In this document: piece after piece, positions 34,231 through 45,417 of the stretch
Layout of the letters: each line of letters starts with the position of its first letter
Position numbering within the stretch: position 1 is the first letter of the stretch
Origin: Macrostomum lignano
Taxonomy: Eukaryota
Direction: 5' to 3'
Assembly: GCA_002269645.1 (NCBI GenBank)
Contig: NIVC01000714.1
Location: 124,001 to 188,000, forward strand
DNA length: 64,000 bases
Notes under the pieces: model-generated
What the model saw: only the letters and a program-made list of their open reading frames with translations
The model's database searches: none
What the model was told of the DNA's origin: nothing
Position numbers and translations under genes: made by a program

Positions 34231-34581
34231 TCATTTGCCGTAGCTTTCGCGAGGGTAAATTTTGCTGCCTTCTGGGAGCGGGACCGGATCTTCTCCTTTT
34301 GCCATATAGATGTTCCGTCCATCACGCGTGTCAATCTTCTCAGCTGGAAACGACTCCTTTGGAATTTCCACCACATACTCTAATCGTTCAGCAGGTACTC
34401 GCATTCCATCGTAATTGTTCTTCTCGATGACAGCAGTAGCTTCGTCTGGTGAAATCGACGTGCAGTAAACACCTTTTCCATATAGTACATCGTTGGTGGT
34501 GTCAGTAGATGCTTTCAAGACGCCGGATTCCTCAATTGCCTTTGCTCCTTCTTCATCGGTGTAGTGATACAACAACGACAT
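34231..34581 (-). CDS. Tox-ART-HYD1-like ADP-ribosyltransferase, paralogue 2 (116 aa, third triad position D>N)
   Basis: MSLLYHYTDEEGAKAIEESGVLKAS...YGKGVYCTS...NNYDG...YVVEIP...DGRNIY; collinear with paralogue 1. Confidence 0.75.
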   Translation of the reverse strand: MSLLYHYTDEEGAKAIEESGVLKASTDTTNDVLYGKGVYCTSISPDEATAVIEKNNYDGMRVPAERLEYVVEIPKESFPAEKIDTRDGRNIYMAKGEDPVPLPEGSKIYPRESYGK

Positions 34582-36169
34582 GGTGAAACCTTCAGTTCAG
34601 CAGCAGCTAGCCTGGAAATCGTGTGTTTAATAAAATACGAGTATTGCTAAAGTTGAAATTCTAGCTAGAGCCTTGAAATTTATCTACTGCTGATTAGCTG
34701 AGGTGAAGCCATGTACGCTCGTAAAAGGGAACTTGCGTCTTGGCCATGCTAAAAAAGTGAAGAAGACGTGGAAACATACGAGTACTCTGCGCACAAATAT
34801 AGTATCCTGTACTCATTGTACTGTAGTTGCTGGCGCTCTTCTGGCTATACCCAGAAAGAACGTACACTCAGTCTCGTCTGACTCATATTTGTCTAGTGTA
34901 CAGAGTTCCGTGTTCGGGTCTGAACCAAAAATGTATCACGGCCCTAAATATGTTGCCTCAAAAAGTAAAATATTATTTTCGGCTAAAAATAGGTTTGACA
35001 GCTGATTTTGGTGCGTGCCAAGTATGAATCGCTGGGTTGTAGTTATAAATTTTAAATCTTACAAACTGTATTTAGCAATCGTCTGCATTTTCTGCCGTGT
35101 TTGGGGTACACGAATACTATCATTGTTACTATCTATAAATGACAGTAGTTATAATTGTTATAATTGACCGCCCCAGGTACCCCCTTCCCCCCTTGATGGC
35201 CAAACGGCAGGGCGGCCTGCGGGCGGCCACTGAGCGGCTCGTCAGCATCGACCGGCCCGACGGCGTCCCCCTGCCCTGCTGCGGGTCTCGTTGAGCCACC
35301 ACCGGCCCCTACGCATCGGCATCTGGGCGCCCTCCTGGTTTCCGCTGCACCCATGGCTCCCTTTGCGGACGAGCTCTGCGATGGTGCACCGGACCGCTCG
35401 GGCAGCGCCAAATCTGCAGACCCTCCCAGCAGCCAGCAAGCGCCGACTGCGAGCCTCATGGAGCCCAGAGGTGTGGAACGCCTGCACCCTGCCTCCAGGC
35501 CTGAATCCGTGAACTTGTGACTCCGAGACATGTTAATTGACGGAGGCAGGTTTTCCCCTCCCCATGCTGCTCCTCCCCTCCATCGCTTCGATAGCGTCAC
35601 GTACGTAGCCTGCTAAAACGCGACCGTCGTGCACAACTGCGCCTGCCGTAATAATAAGCCGAAACGTACCTGAACGCCTCTGCCGTCTCCTCACCTGCAG
35701 CAAGCAGACGATAAAACTGCTGCACGGTCATTATACTCGTACATAGCTGGTATTAAAGAAATACGCTCATATGCATAAATTGTCTTTATAAGTACATTTT
35801 AAAACGAATCAAGGTTTCAGCCTACCATTTTTCAGCCTACTTTTAGCAGCACTGAAAAGCACAAAACCTTTAATTTAGAAACAGAACAGAAAACAAAGCA
35901 AAAACAGATTTTACAAGAGGTAAATTGTCACATCAAAGTTTGGAGATAATTCGGCCAGCTAAATCGTTGGTTGGTATTGGTCGCAAATCAGTGATGATTC
36001 TAAGTAACTGTCGGTTCCAAAGAAAGTAACCTCCGGCACCTGTTCCGGTGTAACTTCCTGTAGTTCCGGTACCGACTCTTTCTAATTATAAAAAACCGTG
36101 AGATTGAAATTGCTTAAACGTGCCTTTGTCTTTGGTCTGAAGGTCACGGGGTCAAAAGGTCTACCAAGA

Positions 36170-36795
36170 GGAGTGGAAAAATTCCCCAACGGACAATTTT
36201 TTTGCTTCGCCGTATTAGAGCGACGCAGGCATACGAAATTCAAGAACACGGGCTAACTTTTTGTTTCGCACCTTCTCAAACAAGAATCAAGTCGCCAAAG
36301 TGGTCCGTGTGATGACTGAATGCTCGAGAGAGACCAGCTGAGGATGCCTGGCAGTTGAGGCTTTCCCACTGTCGAGGCTTGATCGGGCGAAACTCGAGAA
36401 ATTTGCAACAGAGTGTCCATAGTGACCTGGTGCCACCTGTTGAAGCTCCAGAAGCTCCGTCTGGGCGAAGGTCAGTGACCAACGAAGTCAGAGCTGATGC
36501 AGACACATGTAGCCGACGTGCTACTGAAATTTGGAGGCTTGGCAAGGCTGCACTGAGGCAGCCTTGTGGTGCTGATTGGCGCACAGGGGTGTACTGAATG
36601 CACTGGCGCTTATGGGAAAAATCCGATCTTCGGGCAGAATCGTTAAATATCTCGACGGTCTTGAGGACTGGCGACTTGATTCTTGTTTGAGAAGGTGCGC
36701 AACAAAAAGTTAGCCCGTGTTCTGGAATTTCGTATGCCTGCGTTGCTACAATACGGCGCAGCTAGCAAAAATTGTCATGGGGGAATCCCCCTTTT
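36170..36795. mobile_element. Non-autonomous long-TIR DNA transposon (~120-bp arms)
   Basis: 36181-36297 (..GGGCTAACTTTTTGTTTCGCACCTTCTCAAACAAGAATCAAGTCGCCA) is the near-exact reverse complement of 36669-36787. Confidence 0.8.
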
Positions 36796-37456
36796 GGCAC
36801 ATGTAATTCTACTTTAATCTGAACATGTGCTTGTATATAAACCTAGTATTTTTATAGGGGCTCGTATTTTTATAGTGGGACGATTATTTTTCTTTGTTTG
36901 GTAATGGTCTAACTAATGATAACTTGTGGATAACGAGTAACGGTAACGGGAAAAATGTCCAAAGGTATCGATCGAAATAACGAAAAAACCAATAACACTG
37001 ACAATAACCAATGTATACGATACTCGTATATTTTAATTTATAAACAATATTGATAGAAAGTACAAAGTCCTAAAGTCCGGTTCATTAATATAGGTAAAGA
37101 TTCAGAGTTACAAAAGGAAAGAGAGGAAGGTAGAAAGGGAGAGAGATGGGCATATCTGCTGACGGTCCGATATTCAGTACAGCAGGATCCATCTAAACTG
37201 GGCTCTCATTGCAGTGCTGGTCTATAAATTTTCAATTGATATTAAACTATTACTATATGACTACAAGGACTACTTTAGTAGATTTTCATGCTACTTTAGT
37301 CTGTAAAAATCTGTTCTGCTCTTCAGAATTTCGCTTTTCAGACTGCCGAGACAGTAAAGTGGTGAGGAAAGTGCAGTGTACGAGGCTAAAGGGATGCGAG
37401 TGACGCACGTACCTGTTACCTGCTTAAGGAAATTGATGAAATAACTGGATGAAAAA

Positions 37457-37789
37457 CTAAAAATGAAGTACGTGACAGTAAACTTTGGTGCCCGGAGGGA
37501 GCGGGAGTGGATATTCTTCCTTTTCCATGTAGTCGTCCGGTCCATCCGGCGTGTCAATCTTCGAAGCTGGCAACGAACCCTTTGGAATTTCCACCACACG
37601 GCTTACTCGTTCAGCAGGTACTTTCATTCCATCCCAATTGTTCCTGATAGTTTTGTCTGGTGAAATCGACGTCATCTTTGCTGCATATTCAACTGCTGCA
37701 TCGCTGGTGGTGTCAGTAGATGCTTTCAAGACGCCGGATTCCTCAATTGCCTTTGCTCCTTTTTCATCGGTGTAATGATACAACGACAT
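37457..37789 (-). CDS. Tox-ART-HYD1-like paralogue 3 (110 aa), GxGxY motif replaced, probably catalytically dead
   Basis: Same N-terminus and downstream motifs (NNWDG, VVEIP, KIDT.DG), but YGKGVYC is replaced by VEYAAKM in frame, plus a ~6-codon in-frame deletion. Confidence 0.7.
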   Translation of the reverse strand: MSLYHYTDEKGAKAIEESGVLKASTDTTSDAAVEYAAKMTSISPDKTIRNNWDGMKVPAERVSRVVEIPKGSLPASKIDTPDGPDDYMEKEEYPLPLPPGTKVYCHVLHF

Positions 37790-38494
37790 GATCCGGCCTT
37801 CAGTTCAGCAGCAGTTAGACTTAGAATTGTGTATCGAGAATGTTGCTACAGCTCAAATTCTAAATCGCGCCCTCTTATTTATATGCCGTTGATTTGCTGA
37901 GGCGTACCAGCTATAGTTATACGAGCGCCATAATAGGGAACTTGCGCCTTGCACACGAAAGATTGTAGACGGGGAAATACACAAGTACACTGTACTGTAC
38001 TCATTATACTGTAGTTGCTGACACCGCCTCCTGATATTTCGTAAAGAATGTACTCACTCTCCTCTCACTCATTTCTGTAGTATCGCGTTCTTTAGTACCG
38101 CGCTTTTGTTTGAGTCCTACTTATAAGGTACCAAAATTCATCACGGACATAAATAAATGTAAAATTTTCAAAAATAGGTCTGACGTTACAACACGGTGTC
38201 GGCTAAGTCCAGCGGAGTCGGAACCTTTTTCAAAATGGGGGGCTGCCTCCTTCTGTTCCTCTTGGCGCTGTCTCTTTATTCTTCTTAAGTGATTTTGGTT
38301 GCAGCGTTAGCAGCGGTTTAAGTCTAGGGATTGCGGCGGACTTGGAATTTCGATCAGAGACGCCCATGTAAAACGGTAAACACTAAAACAGGGGTCGGCA
38401 AACTTCGGCCTGCAAAGCTTCTCTATTCTGCCCTTGGGACCTTTGAATCTTCACAATTGCAATCCGGGTCCGCTCGATGTTTGTCTCTTCTCAG

Positions 38495-39200
38495 CTCTCT
38501 TCTCTCACCTCTCCTATCCTGTCCTCTCCTATCCTGTCCTCTCCTATCCTGTCCTCTCCTCCCCTCTCCTCTCCTATCCTCTCCTCTTCACCTCTCCTCT
38601 CCTCTCCTCTCTTCTCCTCTCCTCTCCTCTCCTCTCCTCTTCACCTCTCCTCTCCTCTCCTTCCTCCTCTCATCTCATCTCCTCACCTATCTTCTCTCCT
38701 CTTTTCTTTTCCGCTCCTCACCTCTCTCCTCTCTCCTCTCTCCTCTCCTCTCCTCTCCTCTCCTCTCTCCTTCTCTTTCCTCTCCTCTCCTCTCCTCTCC
38801 TCTCCCCTCCTCTCCTCTCCTCTCCTCTCCTCTCCTCTCCTCTCCTCTCCTCTCCCCTCCTCTCCTCTCCTCTCCTCTCTCCTCTTCTCTCTCCTTTTTC
38901 TCTTATCTCCTCACCTATCTCCTCTCCTCTCTCCTTCTCTTTCCTCTCCTCTCCTCTCCTCTCCTCTCCCCTCCTCTCCTCTCCTCTCCTCTCCCTTTTC
39001 CTCTAGATTCTCTTCTCCCTTCTCACCTCTCTCCTCTCCTTCTCTCCTCTTTTATATTTCGTCTCTCCCCTCCTTATTCATCTCCCCCTCTCCTCTCCTA
39101 TTTTATCCCTCCTCTCACCTACTCTCTTTTCCTTTATTCTTTCGCCTGATCTCTTTTCTCATGCGCTCGTAATTCTCTTCTCTATTCCTTACCTCTCTCC
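38495..39200. repeat. (CTCTC/CCTCT)n pyrimidine-rich low-complexity tract
   Basis: Directly visible. Confidence 0.95.
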
Positions 39201-40620
39201 CTCCTCTGGCCCGCAGTCATCAGGACTCTTGGGCGAGCTTCGCTTAGGGCCCATCGAAGCGGACCCGAAGGGCAATCATTGCGCTAGGTTCTCAATCTTG
39301 CCCTTGAGGTAAAAAGTTTGCTAACCCCTGTACTAAAATCACTAGGCTTAGGCACATTAGATAAAAAGTTTGTCTTATAAAAATTGTAAATACAAATTGT
39401 TTTTAGCATTTGGCTACATATTCTGTCCAACAAAAATCAGCTTTCGTATTGTAGTAATAGTAATAAAAAATGATAATGGTAATAATATTTTCAGTAGTAT
39501 AAAAAAATTCCAAACACACACACACACACACACACACCTCATTTTGCATGTAAAAATCAATAGATTCTTCACCGCGGATCCCTCAACTGTACTTCACACA
39601 TTTCGTTCATTTCTAACAGGTCGAAATGAACAGACGTCCAACCCCAATCCGCTCAAGCTTGCGTCTTATAATAAGGTACGAATCGATCGCCCCTCCTTAT
39701 CTCATACGACATACGTAGTACGTACGCTACGGCGTTTCTTCAAAGAAATATAGAATCCAAAGTCCAGTTTCTCTTTAATCATGTCCATTTATTTGCGAAA
39801 GTAGAATAGTTAATCCGTGGCAGCTCCGCACACATCAATAACGAAGTAAGCAAATTTTCCGGAATTTAAAATTGCAGATAATTAATCGCTAAAGAACGCA
39901 AATGCCCATAACAAGAATTAAACAAATTATCATTGCTACCGCCAAAAATCATTCTCTCTAAAAAATCCCGCAAACCACCACCACGACTCAGCTCAAAGTA
40001 TACAAAAGTAATACTCATATACCACCCACAGTATACATGCTTTTTGGCTCTTAAACAGTGAAACGCAAATATTCCCAAATTTCATCCAAAATTCCGTATA
40101 CACTGTTTTGCTTGTTGAAATATGTGGTAATTGGAGCTAATGTGCAGACGCGCAATTTATATTTCTTAATTGAACACAAATTACATATACAATAGAAATC
40201 GAGAGAGTTGTTGATCGGCCATTAAACGCTCTGCCATATCGGAGTGCTTCTCGTAAGCCAGGTCGGGTAAAAGACAATTTATCACGCCAATTTATCCCAG
40301 TTTCACTTCATGCCAAACGCTCCCCTATAGCCTGGTCCCGGGACAGAAGAATTGGTTTGAAGCTCCCACGGGATTAAGCACCCAATTAACAATATCAAAC
40401 CTGTCTGACTTCGACGAGATTTCCTAGCTCGAGTCGACTTTGCTGCTGCCGAACGCACTCGTTTCCTCTTCCCATCTCACTTGATTCTACTAAAAGAGAC
40501 TTGCATGTGCAAATTCACGAGCAGTTTATATTTTAAAAAGCAAAGTGAACCCGCCACCAATGCACAATTCCCACCACCACCAGATGCTGGTGCTGCCCGG
40601 CCAATCAGCTCGGCCAACTT

Positions 40621-40929
40621 CTACAGGGGCGTGGCACAACGCTCCAGAACCAGCTGGACCACTTGGGTCGCACACGGCAGATGAATCTTCTCATCTGTTG
40701 TGTTATACAGGATGACGCGGAGCTAGTTCCCCGGCAAAGTTAAGCCGATTGGCCCAACTTAAGCGGCTCGCGATTCGGCCATAGGTGCCGGGTGGCAGGA
40801 TGACGCGAAGGCCTGTGCGTATGATGGCTGTGTCACAGGCCTCCACGACCCGGTCTTCATAGGTAGCTAAATCATAGCCGATTGATCCTGCCGTGCCCCC
40901 GCCGCGGCATCACAGCGCCGTGATCCATC
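40621..40929 (-). pseudogene. dut: Intronless dUTPase pseudogene
   Basis: Minus-strand pieces MDHGAVMPRR/GTAGSIGYDLATYEDRVVEACDTAIIRTGLRVILPPGTYGRIASRLSWA...FAGEL/RVILYNTTDEKIHLPCATQVVQLVLERCATP match trimeric dUTPase motifs 1 (GYDL), 2 (GRIA.R) and 4 (..QLVLER); two frameshifts, motif 3 partly deleted, motif 5 absent. Confidence 0.75.
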
Positions 40930-41789
40930 TAGTACTCCATCGTAGCTGAGGGTTCACAGTTAATCGGATGCTTAGCTAACATCTAAAATAAGTCAATTTT
41001 AGCTTCATCACACACACAATAGTAAATTCGCGGTAAAATAGTTATTAGTTACGTAAATTCTTACAATCAAACTCTTGCCAACTCTGCTGAGCGCGTGTGT
41101 TCGCGGGCCACTGAATCGAAAAACGAAGCTCGCGATGGCAGTTCAATCACGCTGTCCAACTTCTCTTCAGAGTCCAAGTAGCAATACGGAAACTTTAGGG
41201 ACAGGTTATAAATATGGAGGCCGGAGAGTTTGATTAGGACGCATTTATATAAGCAGAATATAGCATTGCTGGATTGAAAATTTGGGAGGTTTGCAGCCTG
41301 AGTTTAGAACACGGGTGGTGTTTTCCCGTGGAGGAGCATATGTAGGTCAGTTGGTAGAAAGATACGAGTATCGGAAGGAAGTTGTGTTGTCTTATCTCTA
41401 TGCTAATATAATGAGGATAAAAGAAGGTAAGCAGCCGTGCCATATAGCTAGTGTGAATTTTCGTATTAAGGGGAGAAGCCATTGAGTTCGAGGGAAAAAT
41501 GCGAGCTTCAAGCTAGCTAAGGAGTTGTGCCTTAGTTATTCTAAATGGGAAGTAAATGATCGCGCGGTAGCAGAAGAATTGGTCTTTGAGTTGAATATTT
41601 ATTTACTGGAATAGATTAGACACATACTTAAGTAAAGCTGTACTTAAGCTTTACAAACGTACGCAGGTTGTTTAAAATTCTTTGGACGCTACTTTAAGCA
41701 TCGTGAGAGTACGAGATCATTTAATTAACAATATTATAGATTGGCACTGCATGCTAAAACGGCCCTTGACGGGGCTACCTAAGCTGACG

Positions 41790-41904
41790 TCACACACCTT
41801 TACCAAATGCTGCATCTCTTTTTGGTGTCAGTAGATGGGTTCAAGACGCCGGATTCCTCCATTGCCTTCGCTCCTTTTTTATCGGTGTAATGATACAACG
41901 ACAT
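41790..41904 (-). pseudogene. Tox-ART-HYD1-like paralogue 4, frameshifted and truncated
   Basis: MSLYHYTDKKGAKAMEESGVLNPSTDTK, then a frameshift in an A-run; the alternate frame reads RDAAFGKGV* and homology ends; upstream leader and TATA retained. Confidence 0.8.
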
Positions 41905-42194
41905 GGTGCGGCCTTCAGTTCAGCAGCAGCTAGCCTGGAAATTGTGTGATTAAACGATTTCTTAAGCAGAAATTCTAGATCGAGCCTTCGTATTTATATT
42001 CCGTAGATTAGATGAGGTGAAGCCATGTACTCGTACTCTCGTAAAAGGAACTACATGTAGATGGAGGAAATACACAAGTACACTGTACAATGTACTACGA
42101 GCTATACTCATAGTACTGTATACATGTACATGTACAGTCCATGTACGTCGTAGTTGCTCGCACTTCCCCGCTCTCTCGTAAAGAATGTACATAT

Positions 42195-42702
42195 CAGGGG
42201 CGTCGCCAACGGGGGGGGGCAGGGGGGACATGTCCACTCTAGTAAAATATCTGGGGGGGACATGCCAATTAATGCTTTGTCCCCCCCCACCCCAACTAGC
42301 TTGTGACCAGTTATGGAAATCAATAATTTTGCTGCAGGGCGACGAAACATAGCGCCTGTGGCACGAAAATGATGCCTGCGACGCTAAAATGAGTGCCTGC
42401 GGCGCTAAAATGAGTGCCTGCGGCGCTAAAATGAGTGCCTGCGGCGCTAAAATGAGTGCCTGCGGCGCTAAAAAGAGTGCCTGCAGCGCTAAAATGAGTG
42501 TCTGCGGCGCTAAAGAGAGTGCCTGCGGCGCTAAAATGAGTGCCTGCGGTGCTAAAATGAGTGCCTGCGGCGCTAAAATGAGTGCCTGCGGCGCTAAAAT
42601 GAGTGCCTCCGGCGCTAAAACGACAATTAAGTAGTCCGTGCACCGATTCTGAAAATAATGTACAAGTAGGTATTTAGTTATGTACACTAGGGCGACACCC
42701 TG
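42195..42702. mobile_element. hAT-like MITE with internal 21-bp tandem repeats (copy 2)
   Basis: CAGGGGCGTCGCC ... GGCGACACCCTG termini; internal (GCCTGCGGCGCTAAAATGAGT)n is the reverse complement of the array in copy 1; inserted in the upstream region of ART paralogue 4. Confidence 0.7.
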
Positions 42703-42916
42703 CATGTACTCATTCCTGTATAGTACCGTTCTTCCTTGCATCGTACGTATAAGGTACCAAAATTCTTCGCGGGCCCAAATATATTTTGCCTCAAAATCTA
42801 TAAAAATTTATTTTTTGGCCAAAAAATAGAATTGATGTTACACGTACAATTACAACATAGCAACGACACGAAAAACAGGAGATTTCGGTTTGTGCCAAGT
42901 TTGAAGGGCTAGGTCT

Positions 42917-44469
42917 TGAAGTGAAACGAAGGCGCCGTTAGCAAGAGGATAGGAGAAATCAGCCGACACGCGCGTGATGCGTGAACAAGCATCCAGCCTT
43001 GGCAGCAACTCCCCAGATGCACAAGATCTGCATGCCTAAAAATAGTCCTGATGATCGGCGAGCAAGAAGCCCAGCCATGCGACCCTCGCGTGATGCATGC
43101 ACAACCTCTGACCGACACTGCCTATTGGGCCTCGAAATCCCACTCTCTCTCCCTACTGCTCCTATTCCTCGTTGCTCGCGTACAGTGTGCTAGCTTATAA
43201 AATATACTGATTGAAGAGGAAAGATCCTCGCCTGAAGTTTGAGAATGTGACTCTAGAGATCACACAGAGAAAGTTACCATCGAGTCCATTGTTCGTTGTC
43301 TTCCTGAACTGTTGGCAGAAGGAAACGATAATATGGGAAAAACCCATATAAATTTTTCGTTTCAATTGGTTCCACTGACCGCGTGAGTCACCGCTAGACA
43401 GAAGTCTCAGACACCGTGCAGTTATCGCTCTGCTGCATGTCTTCCACAGCCATCCGAGTAAATCGAGAACTGAGACTTTCCTGCCTTCAGTAAAGGAAAA
43501 CTTCGAACTAGACAAGACCAATGGACGAAGATCAAGAAGCGACGCAGTTTACCCTTCCAAGAAGAAACTTTCGTTGAGAGATCTACACAATCAATTTGGT
43601 CAAGACGGTATTTTTCCGACGTCATATTTAACTGCAATGTACCTTCAGCCAGCATCCCGATCTGACTGTCTACCAGACGCTGTTTCAATTTGTCGAGTCT
43701 CCGTGTCCAGTCCTATTTGCGTCACTGTTTAGGGCATCGAAAAGCCCATTCAATTTGTCGAGTTTCCGAGCTCACGTCAATCCCCCTCTCAGATCTGATT
43801 AAATAGTCAAGAGGATATGCTGGTACAATTCATCCACTGTTGTCACAAGTTCACTTTGCCCCTTGACCAAGTTTCGTGTTTCAACAACATCAACTCAACT
43901 GCAAGTTACCAAGTGGGACTGCGTATCGCAAGCAAATGCACAACTGTACGCCATGTCATCATTGCTCCAAGCTTATTTTCAACAGAGCTCGGAGGGCCTC
44001 GCTTCCCTGAAAAAAGAGCGACTGAAGTGAAACGAAGGCGCCGTTAGCAAGAGGATGGGAGAAATCAGCCGACACGCGCGTGATGCGTGAACAAGCATCC
44101 AGCCTTGGCAGCAACTCCCCAGATGCACAAGATCTGCATGCCTAAAAATAGTCCTGATGATCGGCGAGCAAGAAGCCCAGCCATGCGACCCTCGCGTGAT
44201 GCATGCACAACCTCTGACCGACACTGCCTATCGGGCCTCGAAATCCCACTCTCTCCCCCTACTGCTCCTATTCCTCGTAGCTCGCGTACAGTGTGCTAGC
44301 TTATAAAATATACTGATTGAAGAGGAAAGATCCTCGCCTGAAGTTTGAGAATGTGACTCTAGAGATCACACAGAGAAAGTTACCATCGAGGTCCATTGTT
44401 CGTTGTCTTCCTGAACTGTTGGCAGAAGGAAACGATAATATGGGAAAACCCATATAAATTGTCGTTTCA
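42917..44469 (+). mobile_element. Miniature non-autonomous LTR retroelement (TRIM-like)
   Basis: Two ~448-bp direct repeats (42917-43364, 44023-44469), TG...CA, about 7 differences by eye; 4-bp TSD GTCT; PBS-like TGGTTCCACTGACCG right after the 5' LTR; purine tract GAAAAAAGAG before the 3' LTR; ~660-bp interior without a long ORF. Confidence 0.85.
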
Positions 44470-45174
44470 GTCTCATGTATTGTGTAATAATTATGAATTT
44501 TAATTCTTATAAGCTGTATTTATAGTAATTTCCGTTGCCTCCGCTTGCCTTCCGCTCGATCCCGCTGCAGACGAGCTCCGCCACGGTGCACCGGACGCTC
44601 TCAACGAGCCTGCAACTATAAAGTCTTAGTGGCCGGGACCGCTTGGTCAGTGCCGAATCTGTAGACCCTCCCAGCATGCAGCATCCCTGGCATCCACCAC
44701 TCTTTTAGGGCGAGCCTCATGGAGCCCAAGGATGCGGCCCGTCTGCACTCTGCCTCTATACGTGCCCTGACTCAGCTGCTCATAGCCCTGCTATAACTGT
44801 GACGCCCAGAGTCGGCCAGTCAATCGACGCACTGGTTGATCGCACCTTCAGCTGCACCAAACATAAGTGACTCATTGCCCGACCGTCATGGAGAACCTTC
44901 GGACCCCAAGCACTGCAATTTGAGAAGGCGCTCGCAGCCTGCAGCCTGCTTCTGCCAAGACAGAAGCGCGGGGGCAACTTATTTGAGGCCGCTGTTTAGA
45001 CGGGCAACGCCTGCATCATTATTGCCGCCCACAAAACTAAACCGGCGGCCTGCATACAGCCAACAGAACAACAGATTCTGAATGCCCTATTACGGATATC
45101 ATTTCCCTCGTATTTTCACTATTTCAACCTTGCATTCACACACCACTCTAAGGCACTTGGCTACAACCTCTTAA

Positions 45175-45417
45175 AGCGACTCGCGACTGGAAGGTTTGTG
45201 TCCTTGAGCAAGAATATTGGCAGACACTTAACCCTGCATTGCTTCAGTTCACTCAGCCGTAAAATGGGGCTGGGATAATTGAGGGTGTGTGTGGAGACCC
45301 CCAGTCCTTCGACTGAACAGCCGTACGCAGCCTTCAGATGCACCGCGCAATAGCTGCGGCTGAGCTGTCGGTTGCACATCTGCCTATTAGGGCAGGTGTA
45401 TTCAATTGTTATTATTG
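45175..45417 (+). mobile_element. tRNA-derived CORE-like SINE (copy 2, B box deleted)
   Basis: GTGTCCTTGAGCAAG...GACACTTAACCCTGCATTGCTTCAGTTCACTCAGCCGTAAAATGGG...GGGCAGGTGTA..TATTATT matches copy 1 at 16205-16425. Confidence 0.75.

Noticed and set aside
25964-37789. ART genes as bacterial contamination
   Set aside because: They are embedded among eukaryotic TEs and satellites, have TATA-type upstream boxes, no Shine-Dalgarno or operon partners, and are contiguous with spliced host genes.
43422-43688. Minus-strand ...YSDGCG peptide resembling a Sola-type transposase motif
   Set aside because: It lies antisense inside an LTR-bounded element with PBS/PPT on the + strand, and no other transposase motifs are present; likely chance.
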